This document shows positions 27,359-35,099 of a stretch of DNA of 42,114 nt, piece after piece. The notes beneath the pieces were generated by a model, which did no database searches, had not been told where the DNA came from, and was given only the letters and a program-made list of their open reading frames with translations. This DNA comes from a virus (lineage: Duplodnaviria > Caudoviricetes). Every line of letters begins with the position of its first letter. Positions within the stretch are counted from its first letter, which is position 1. The DNA lies in IMG/VR virus record IMGVR_UViG_3300020045_002395, positions 1 to 42,114 of that record, one strand, 5' to 3'. The position numbers were made by a program, and so were the translations under genes.

Positions 27359-28011
27359 TGGCTTTAATATCATTGATACATCCGAGTAGAGGGAGGGCTA
27401 AGAAGTCTTTTGATACGGTTATAAAATGGATTGAGAATTCAGGTGTTCAGGTTGAGGTTATTATAAGTCTTGACGACAGAGACTTAACTAAATATAAGTA
27501 CACAGAATTATACGATGACTTACCTGTTAGTAAAAGGATAATTATTAATGATAATAGTTGCGTAGTCGAGGCAACAAACCACGCGGCAAAATTTGCAAAA
27601 GGAGACATACTAATTTACCTCAGTGACGATTTCGATTGCCCATCCAATTGGGGCCTATCAGTGTTGAAAGAATTTGAGGGGGAGGATAGGCCCTTACTTT
27701 TGAAAGTAGATGACATGCTTCAGAAGTTCGATGTTCCGGTACTTACTATTCCAATGATGAACCGGTCGCTTTACGAAAGGCTTGGATATTTTTGGCATCC
27801 TGAATACAAGTCGATGTTTGTAGATTGTGACCTATTCGAAACAGTTAAAAAGATGGGTGCATTAAAGAACGCACAACACTTAAAGTTTGAACATCAACAC
27901 GTAAGCATAGGCAAAGCTCCAGACGACGAAACATATCGAAACAGCGCAAAGAATTGGGATCAAGGTAAAGCAGTATTCGCAAAACGTAAAGCCGCAGGGT
28001 TTCCGATATGA
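27358..28011 (+). CDS. Glycosyltransferase, GT2/GT-A
   Basis: ISLIHPSRGR, GDILIYLSDD, YKSMFVD. Confidence 0.85.
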   Translation: MALISLIHPSRGRAKKSFDTVIKWIENSGVQVEVIISLDDRDLTKYKYTELYDDLPVSKRIIINDNSCVVEATNHAAKFAKGDILIYLSDDFDCPSNWGLSVLKEFEGEDRPLLLKVDDMLQKFDVPVLTIPMMNRSLYERLGYFWHPEYKSMFVDCDLFETVKKMGALKNAQHLKFEHQHVSIGKAPDDETYRNSAKNWDQGKAVFAKRKAAGFPI

Positions 28012-28106
28012 GTAGAATAATGTCTTGGGGTGATTCCGCACCTCCTTGGTGGTTGATTATATTGCTAGGGGTAATTGACTTAATACTTTGGATATTCTTT
28101 ATATGA
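28008..28106 (+). CDS. 32-aa single-TM peptide (not in ORF track)
   Basis: MSRIMSWGDSAPPWWLIILLGVIDLILWIFFI; ATGA overlaps on both sides. Confidence 0.55.
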   Translation: MSRIMSWGDSAPPWWLIILLGVIDLILWIFFI

Positions 28107-28660
28107 AGTTAAGCATACTTATCCCAACTCTACCAGAACCATACAGCATTAACAAGCTTGCTAGACTTATGGCTATACTAAAACCACAAGTTGAAAGACA
28201 TCCAGACGTAGAGATAAGGATTAACGATGCTGGCAAATCAATGCCAACAGGAACAAAGCGAAACGAGTTGATAAAGAATAGCGATGGGGAATATTTCGTT
28301 CAAATAGACTGTGACGATATTGTTCCGATGTACTACGTTGACGAGTTGATGAAAGCTATTGAACAAGGCCCAGACGTTATTTCTTTTATCGGTGAAATGA
28401 TAACCGATGGAGTTAGAAGAAATGATTTCACAATTAAGCTTGGCAGTAAGTACGAAGAAAAGCACGGGCATTATTATCGCTATCCTAATCATCTTTGTTG
28501 CTACAAAAGATCAACAGTAGGACACGTTAAGTTCCCAGACATTTGGGTTCAAGAGGATTATCGATGGGCCTCAAGTATCCAGCACCTACTAAAGTCAGAA
28601 GTCCATATTAATAAGAAGATGTACACCTACGATTTTGTAGACCCTAAAAAAAGAAAATGA
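28103..28660 (+). CDS. Glycosyltransferase, GT2
   Basis: KLSILIPT, KRN, GEYFVQIDCDD, ED..W. Confidence 0.88.
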   Translation: MKLSILIPTLPEPYSINKLARLMAILKPQVERHPDVEIRINDAGKSMPTGTKRNELIKNSDGEYFVQIDCDDIVPMYYVDELMKAIEQGPDVISFIGEMITDGVRRNDFTIKLGSKYEEKHGHYYRYPNHLCCYKRSTVGHVKFPDIWVQEDYRWASSIQHLLKSEVHINKKMYTYDFVDPKKRK

Positions 28661-29322
28661 TACCTACAGCATTAGACTACGCAAAAAGGATAGCATATTC
28701 ATCAGAAAAGACTTTGATGTTTACTTATGAGCAATCTTTAAAATACGCTGATAAAGAAGGGGTGTACTGTGAATGCGGTGTGGCCGCAGGTGCGCAGATT
28801 ATCGCTATGGCTTGTGGTGCTCCAAATAAAACTATCTACGCGTTTGATTCTTTCGAAGGCATTCCACTTCCTAGCAACAGAGACGACCAAATGCCAGGAA
28901 TTGCAATGTTATCAGAAACAGAACGTAAGGCGTTGCCTGATCCTGGGAAACAGAAGTTAGAAAGTAGTGGAGCTACTTCAGTAAGTGAGTACGATTTCTG
29001 GCAACACATCGACACTTGTTTTGGACAAAAAAAACATAATGTAAAAACGGTTTCTGGATGGTTCGAAGATACCTTGCCATCTCTATCAACATCAATAGAG
29101 CCTATTGCTATACTTAGACTTGACTCAGACTTATACAACTCTACTTACGTGTGCTTAAAAAACCTTTACCCGAAAGTTATTAAAGGCGGGTTGGTAATCA
29201 TTGACGATTGGGAGTTGAAAGGTTGCCGGGATGCTTTTTACGATTACTTCAACGAGCAATTAAATCCATACGAATCCCCAGTAGTACAATTCATTTCAAA
29301 CATAGCTTACTTTTACAAATGA
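28657..29322 (+). CDS. TylF/MycF/NovP family sugar O-methyltransferase
   Basis: ECGVAAG, FDSFEG, GWFEDTLP, ILRLDSDLY, GGLVIIDD. Confidence 0.93.
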   Translation: MIPTALDYAKRIAYSSEKTLMFTYEQSLKYADKEGVYCECGVAAGAQIIAMACGAPNKTIYAFDSFEGIPLPSNRDDQMPGIAMLSETERKALPDPGKQKLESSGATSVSEYDFWQHIDTCFGQKKHNVKTVSGWFEDTLPSLSTSIEPIAILRLDSDLYNSTYVCLKNLYPKVIKGGLVIIDDWELKGCRDAFYDYFNEQLNPYESPVVQFISNIAYFYK

Positions 29323-29930
29323 TAATACTTTCTATTCTTATTCCAACAATACCGGAACGTGGTGCGATGTTCACGAAACTTTACAATGAAGTTCACAGGC
29401 AGATAGCTTACATGGATACCGTACATCCTACATTAGGTAAGATTGAAATATTAATCGATGACTCACCAAAGTTTTTGAATGGGGGTTTATCTATCGGTAA
29501 GAAAAGAGAGGCATTAGTAAAACGATCAGAGGGGGTTTATTTATGTTTCTTGGATGATGATGAAGATATAGCACCTAACTACGTTGAGACATTGGTACGT
29601 CTTTGCCAGTTCAATGCTGACGTGTGTACGTTCAGAAATATTTCAAAGTTTGATACTTATTGGATGCTGGTTGAAATGGGGTTGAAGTATCCCAACGATC
29701 AGGCATCTAGTAGCTTTATGATTCGCAGGCGTCCCTGGCATATCTGCCCGGTTAAATCGGCCTACGCAAAACTATATCCATTCGAAGATTCAAATTACGG
29801 TGAAGACTTTACATGGATGGAAAAGGTTTTAACACACTGCACAACGGAAGCAAAAAGCGAATCGGTAATACATTGCTATAACCATTCTAAACATACATCG
29901 GAGGCCGATAAAATAACTAATCATGCATAG
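29319..29930 (+). CDS. Glycosyltransferase, GT2 (paralog of 28103-28660)
   Basis: LSILIPT, KKREAL, YLCFLDDDE, GEDFTW. Confidence 0.88.
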   Translation: MIILSILIPTIPERGAMFTKLYNEVHRQIAYMDTVHPTLGKIEILIDDSPKFLNGGLSIGKKREALVKRSEGVYLCFLDDDEDIAPNYVETLVRLCQFNADVCTFRNISKFDTYWMLVEMGLKYPNDQASSSFMIRRRPWHICPVKSAYAKLYPFEDSNYGEDFTWMEKVLTHCTTEAKSESVIHCYNHSKHTSEADKITNHA

Positions 29931-30528
29931 TCAAAACGCAGAGGAACAAATTATACTGGACTACTTCAAAGGTAAAACCGGAACGTTCATAGACATAGGC
30001 GCTAACGATGGTATTACCTTTTCAAACACTTATGCGCTTTCTAAATTAGGCTGGTGTGGAGTGTTGATCGAACCTTCTCCACGGGCTTTCGCTAAGTTGA
30101 AACAGAACTATGAAGATACTAAGGGATGTTTTTATCTTTACAACTATGCGATAGGAACGAGTAACGGAAAAGTAACTATGTGGGAATCTGGAGAACTTGT
30201 AAAAACGGGTGATGTTGGATTAGTTTCTACATTAGTCGAGAAGGAAACCGACAGATTCAAACGCACAGTTAAGTACGAAGAAATTACGGTCGATTGCTTC
30301 CGGTGGAAAACAGCTATGAACCGTTGGAAGTTTAAGAAGTTTGATTTCATTTCGATTGATATTGAAGGGCTTGAGCTGGAAGTTTTGGAACAGATTGATT
30401 TATCCGAAACTCAATTGATTTGCGTTGAAACAAACGGGGATCAATTCAAGAAAATTAAGTTTGATGAGATGTTGAAAGACTTCAAAGTAATTTATACTTC
30501 ACCTGAAAATTTAATATACGCAAGATGA
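29923..30528 (+). CDS. FkbM family methyltransferase
   Basis: SQNAEE, FIDIGANDG, GVLIEP, DFISIDIEGLE. Confidence 0.92.
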   Translation: MHSQNAEEQIILDYFKGKTGTFIDIGANDGITFSNTYALSKLGWCGVLIEPSPRAFAKLKQNYEDTKGCFYLYNYAIGTSNGKVTMWESGELVKTGDVGLVSTLVEKETDRFKRTVKYEEITVDCFRWKTAMNRWKFKKFDFISIDIEGLELEVLEQIDLSETQLICVETNGDQFKKIKFDEMLKDFKVIYTSPENLIYAR

Positions 30529-30716
30529 TACGACCATTAGACAGTATGCCAGTAGTAAGTCATGAGGATGTAAAACCCATGTATAACGAACATGAAATAC
30601 TTGACAAACTAGCTCAAGCAGTGAACGGAATGAGAGAAATCAAAGGGGATCAACGCCAAAGACTTGATTTAGAGTTAATGTATTCACTTGCTATTGCGTT
30701 AAAAAATAAAGTATGA
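30525..30716 (+). CDS. Hypothetical protein
   Basis: ATGA-coupled on both sides. Confidence 0.65.
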   Translation: MIRPLDSMPVVSHEDVKPMYNEHEILDKLAQAVNGMREIKGDQRQRLDLELMYSLAIALKNKV

Positions 30717-31336
30717 TAGTAGTAAACTTTGCAACACAGCAATACAGGGCCGCTCAAAGAAGATTAATGAACAGCTTAGGCGGTAATGGGTTGTTTATTT
30801 CAGACTATCCTAAAGACTGGAAAACTCATTCAGAAAGCCCTTATGAGTTTAAGATTAACGCAATCGAAAAGGCATTCGAACAAGACGATATAGTTCTTTG
30901 GGTTGATAGTTCGATGTACTTAAAAGGCGACCTGTCAAAGATTGAAGAAATTATAAAGCGTGACGGTTACTTCCAAGAAGAAGCCGGCCATTATTGCGGG
31001 CGATGGACCAACCAACATACGCGTAATTACTTCAAGGTTACAGAAGAAGAAATGAAACAAGGACCGGGAGGATTTATAATGTTCTCAGCTGGCCTACTTG
31101 GATTGAATCTAAAGTCAGAACTTGCTATGGAGTTCTTTTATAAGTGGAAAGAGTCAGCTAAAGCAGGATGTTTTGCAGGATCATGGGAAGACCACCGCCA
31201 TGACATGACTTGCGCCAGCATTATTGCACAGCGTTTAGGTATGAAGTACCAGCGTGGTGGATCTCATTTAAGTTATGTAGGTCCGGGTTATTCAGCGCCG
31301 GAACCTGGTTCAGTATTTTATTGTCAAGGCTTATGA
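30713..31336 (+). CDS. Putative GT-A glycosyltransferase (DUF1647-like)
   Basis: FKINAI...VLWVDSS...AG...HRHD. Confidence 0.65.
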   Translation: MIVVNFATQQYRAAQRRLMNSLGGNGLFISDYPKDWKTHSESPYEFKINAIEKAFEQDDIVLWVDSSMYLKGDLSKIEEIIKRDGYFQEEAGHYCGRWTNQHTRNYFKVTEEEMKQGPGGFIMFSAGLLGLNLKSELAMEFFYKWKESAKAGCFAGSWEDHRHDMTCASIIAQRLGMKYQRGGSHLSYVGPGYSAPEPGSVFYCQGL

Positions 31337-31521
31337 TAAACATAATTAAAGGTTGGTTCCGGTTCCTATTCGCCAAGCGTTCGCAGATGGCTAGTGATAG
31401 GCTTGTTATTTGTTTAGATTGTCCGTTCAGGAAAGGTTATTTCTGCGGTGTGTGCTTTTGTGAGCTTCACGCAAAGGCTTCGTTAGAAGAAGAAGAATGC
31501 CCTAAAGGGTTTTGGAAATGA
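31333..31521 (+). CDS. Small Cys-rich Zn-binding protein
   Basis: R..ICLDCP...CGVCFC...K...CPKGFW. Confidence 0.75.
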   Translation: MINIIKGWFRFLFAKRSQMASDRLVICLDCPFRKGYFCGVCFCELHAKASLEEEECPKGFWK

Positions 31522-32309
31522 AACTCGCAGCAATCTATAATGTTTGGGCAGACTGGGATATTTTAAAATATTCAGTAGATAACATATCACCACTTGTTGA
31601 CGGTATAATTATAGTAGCATCAGAGAAAAGCAGCTATGGTGAATACTGCGAAATACCAAATTATTGGAAAGACATAGTTTTAATACGAGAACCAATGTTT
31701 CAGATGCCTATGTATTCGGAAACAGATAAAAGAAATTATGGGTTATCATTGGCTAGAAAAGCTGGATATACTCATTTTATTTCAATGGATTCAGATGAGA
31801 TGTATGATAGATTGGAGTTTTATAAATGGAAAGATTACTTAGATCATAATCCTGAAATTAATGGACTTGTTTGCGCTTCGCAGGTGTACGTTAAAAGCCC
31901 TAGTTTAACAATAGGACTTGATACAACGCGCGTTCCTTTCATCCATAAGATTACACCAACATTAAAACATGAGTTCAACAGAAGCTATCCTTTTGCGTGG
32001 GAAGGCAATGCAATCCGGATCGATCCAACTAGAAGTTTAAACATTAATTCCGGTGTTGAATGGTCGGATATTGTGATGGATCATTACAGCTACGTCCGTT
32101 CAGATATACACCGTAAGATTCGAAACAGCACCGCCAAAGCAAACATTGAGCGAACCAACATAGCGAAAAATTTCTTTCACCTGAAGGAGGGGGATATTTG
32201 TGAACTTTATCCCGGTAAGCCTCTGGTCCGTGTGCCAGTAAAATACGGTTTGCCCGAATTCTATGGGTCTAGCGCTGAAGATTTACAATCTATACCGCCA
32301 AGTTGCTAA
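31518..32309 (+). CDS. Glycosyltransferase, GT2-like
   Basis: VDGIIIV, KRNYGL, THFISMDSDE, DHYSYVR. Confidence 0.78.
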   Translation: MKLAAIYNVWADWDILKYSVDNISPLVDGIIIVASEKSSYGEYCEIPNYWKDIVLIREPMFQMPMYSETDKRNYGLSLARKAGYTHFISMDSDEMYDRLEFYKWKDYLDHNPEINGLVCASQVYVKSPSLTIGLDTTRVPFIHKITPTLKHEFNRSYPFAWEGNAIRIDPTRSLNINSGVEWSDIVMDHYSYVRSDIHRKIRNSTAKANIERTNIAKNFFHLKEGDICELYPGKPLVRVPVKYGLPEFYGSSAEDLQSIPPSC

Positions 32310-33870
32310 TCGGCAACAGTTAACCTCTAACGAGTATCTACCTTATTTTGATGATTACGATAACTGGCCGCTAAAATGGCATCAGGCTATCTCTGAATCA
32401 AGTTCCGCGAGTTCTTGCGTGTCAACAATAGCTGATTTCTTGGAAGGGTTTGGGTTTTCGGATACCGATTTAGAAAAACGTATAGTTAATTCAAAAGGGG
32501 AAACTTTTTTCCAGGTTCACCAAGCGACCACAAAGGCTTTCGCTGAATACGAAGGGTTTTATTGGAGATTCCAATACAACGCGATGGGTTCAATCACAAA
32601 TTGGGAGGTTTTGCCGTTCGAAAATTGCCGGCTAGGTAAGCCAGATGACAACGGGTATATTTCTAAGATTTACTACAACCCTTATTTTGGAACAGGGTAC
32701 TATAAAAACGATAAAAGTCAAACTACCGTTTTCGATGTATACAATCCGAAGGCAGTTTCGGCACAATTCGCAGAGCAAAAGACAAAGTACAAAGGACAAG
32801 TGTTCTTTTTCGGGACTACCACGGCTTTAAGTCGGTTCTATCCAATGCCAGAAGCCACCGCGGCTTTGAAGTGGATGAAAATTGAATCGGGGGTTTCGGA
32901 TTATCATGAAGACAATATAAACAACGGGTTTTTGCAGCCTTTTATGCTCGCAATGATTGGCAATCCAGATGAACCGGCAAACAATCCTGAAGAAGGAAGC
33001 GGAGAGAAAGCTATAACCAAAGGCGAAGAACTGGATAACATCATATCCGAAAACTTCATGGGCGCCAAGCGGGTGGGTAATATGTGGGTAAGCTGGTTCG
33101 CAAACAAAGAAGAACTACCAGTGCCTATTGCAATGCCTTCCAACAACAGTGGGGAGATGTTCATAACATTGGACAACCAAGCGACTAAGAAGATCACCAT
33201 AGCCTTTAAAGTGCCTTCAATCCTAGCGAATATAAACGAAGGTGTTTCTTTAGGCGGTGACGGTAATATGGTCCGTGTGGCTGTTAAGCTAATGCAACAG
33301 CGGTCTATCAAGAAACAAAGAATTTTAACCGATGCTTATTCTAAAATATTAAGCTCGTTTTCCACTCCTTACCGTGAAGATATTGTTATCGTACCTTATA
33401 ATCCTTTCCCAGAACTTGAGATTTTGGATGATAAGATTTGGAACGCTATGTCTGTCGAAGAACGTCGGAAGTGGATTCAAGACAATACCGAGATTGAGTT
33501 AACCGATACCAGCGTGGCAGATCCTGCGCAAGCGGCTCCAACTCAGGCAAAGATGCTGAACGCTATTCCTATCGGGTTCCCTGAAAAAGTCCGTAACACC
33601 GTAAAGAAAACTCTGGAGTATAAGGAGAAAATGGGGATTAAATGCGGTGGATTAGCTGGTTTAGAAGTCGCTCAAAAAATTTTAAATAACGAAAGTTTAG
33701 GGCATAAACAGCTTAAAAGGATTCATTCGTATTTAAAAAAGAACGAGCAGTTTAGTAATGCGCTTTTAAATGAGGGGTGTGCCGCGATTGACTACAACGC
33801 ATGGGGCGGGAAAGAAATGTTTGACTTTTTAGAGGTGAAACTTAAAGACATTGACCAATGGCTAAACTAG
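32263..33870 (+). CDS. Portal protein with extra C-terminal domain
   Basis: YLPYFDDYDNWP, LPFENCR, YPMP, NNGF, I..AFKVP..L; appended domain of about 100 aa after an A/P/Q linker. Confidence 0.85.
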   Translation: MGLALKIYNLYRQVANRQQLTSNEYLPYFDDYDNWPLKWHQAISESSSASSCVSTIADFLEGFGFSDTDLEKRIVNSKGETFFQVHQATTKAFAEYEGFYWRFQYNAMGSITNWEVLPFENCRLGKPDDNGYISKIYYNPYFGTGYYKNDKSQTTVFDVYNPKAVSAQFAEQKTKYKGQVFFFGTTTALSRFYPMPEATAALKWMKIESGVSDYHEDNINNGFLQPFMLAMIGNPDEPANNPEEGSGEKAITKGEELDNIISENFMGAKRVGNMWVSWFANKEELPVPIAMPSNNSGEMFITLDNQATKKITIAFKVPSILANINEGVSLGGDGNMVRVAVKLMQQRSIKKQRILTDAYSKILSSFSTPYREDIVIVPYNPFPELEILDDKIWNAMSVEERRKWIQDNTEIELTDTSVADPAQAAPTQAKMLNAIPIGFPEKVRNTVKKTLEYKEKMGIKCGGLAGLEVAQKILNNESLGHKQLKRIHSYLKKNEQFSNALLNEGCAAIDYNAWGGKEMFDFLEVKLKDIDQWLN

Positions 33871-34403
33871 ATAAGTTAATAACATACGCCTATTTAAAGG
33901 ATGAGGTAGATATTCCTACAAATATCCCCGATGATGAGTTTGATAAACCCATTACCAGGGCGCAGGAGACTTTGCGAATGCTTATCGGTGATGGATTTTA
34001 CCAAGATTTTCAGACAAATTACCAAGCAAATACACTTTCTTCCCTTTACACAACTTTATTTCCGTACATAAAACAATTTTTAGCATGGGAAGCGAACGAA
34101 AAATGGACAATTAGAGCGAATGTTAAGTCAACACGGTCAGGTTTTAGGGTTCACTCAGAAGAAAACAGCACCGTGGCCAGTGATGCAGCTATGGCGACTA
34201 TAATTAGAGACGCAAAAGCACAAAGTCAGTTCTATAAAAACATTTTGATTGACTATTTGAACAATCATTCAGCAGATTACCCACTTTATAACACCGGGTG
34301 CCATAACAGAAACATAGGAAACAGCTTTAAAATAAGCGCAGTTAAAAATAAATATCGTCAACCTGATTTGTATGGGAAAGGAGGTCGAGGATGTTGCGGG
34401 TAA
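33858..34403 (+). CDS. Head-tail adaptor-like protein
   Basis: I.RAQ...L...IG...Y and DYLN...YPLY pattern; directly after the portal. Confidence 0.65.
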   Translation: MAKLDKLITYAYLKDEVDIPTNIPDDEFDKPITRAQETLRMLIGDGFYQDFQTNYQANTLSSLYTTLFPYIKQFLAWEANEKWTIRANVKSTRSGFRVHSEENSTVASDAAMATIIRDAKAQSQFYKNILIDYLNNHSADYPLYNTGCHNRNIGNSFKISAVKNKYRQPDLYGKGGRGCCG

Positions 34404-34735
34404 AACTATTTGACGGAGTTGAGAAGCCAATGATTGTTTACAATCGTCAGGCTATCATTGATAAGCAGATTGAGTACTACACAGAAGAGTGTGACACAGA
34501 AACAGACTTTACATTTCCGTCTTATGTGAGTTCTTTTTTAAGAGTTTATAACGAGAGATTGGGCATAGAGATAAAAGATATCAGTTTAAGCCAATCAGGT
34601 TTTTCATTGATAATAAACGCCAGTGTTTTGGATATGACATTCGATGACAATGGTAATTATTACTATGAAATAGGGTACGTTCAAACTGGAGGTTATGATA
34701 TTGTTTTGCAGTACGGACAATTCACGGCGGTATGA
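34391..34735 (+). CDS. Small beta-sandwich structural protein
   Basis: GNYYYEI...YGQFTAV, BppU-N/Ig-like ending. Confidence 0.55.
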   Translation: MLRVKLFDGVEKPMIVYNRQAIIDKQIEYYTEECDTETDFTFPSYVSSFLRVYNERLGIEIKDISLSQSGFSLIINASVLDMTFDDNGNYYYEIGYVQTGGYDIVLQYGQFTAV

Positions 34736-34923
34736 GAACAAGATTAACAACTGGCAGATCATCAAAATTGAATATTGGTAGTTCAAGAACGAATTTATCA
34801 AAATCAAATCGATCTAAGTTGTCCGGAGTTCCAGGAAATACTCCTAATGATTCAGTGTTTAGAATTTTAGAAGATAGTGATTTTAGAATAACAGAAGATG
34901 GAAACTTTAGAATACTTCAATGA
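34732..34923 (+). CDS. Small protein with tandem R(I/L)xEDxxF repeats
   Basis: FRILEDSDFRITEDGNFRILQ. Confidence 0.7.
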   Translation: MRTRLTTGRSSKLNIGSSRTNLSKSNRSKLSGVPGNTPNDSVFRILEDSDFRITEDGNFRILQ

Positions 34924-35099
34924 TGGAAAGAATATTTAAACACTGGAGAACATCGGTAACTGGATTATTAATTGCGGTTATGACTGTTATGTTTTGGCTT
35001 GGTAAAATAGATTCTGAGCAATGGATTATTTGTATTGGTGGCGTGGCGACTGCTGTAGGTTTACTCTCTAAAGATTCAATTAAAGAAAATGGCAAATAA
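34920..35099 (+). CDS. Two-TM holin-like protein, 59 aa (not in ORF track)
   Basis: MMERIFKHWRTSVTGLLIAVMTVMFWLGKIDSEQWIICIGGVATAVGLLSKDSIKENGK. Confidence 0.65.
   Translation: MMERIFKHWRTSVTGLLIAVMTVMFWLGKIDSEQWIICIGGVATAVGLLSKDSIKENGK

Noticed and set aside
25255-32309. Host LPS/capsule locus misassembled into the contig
   Set aside because: The genes overlap continuously with phage-type small ORFs and the portal, and no wzx, wzy or other host-locus genes are present.
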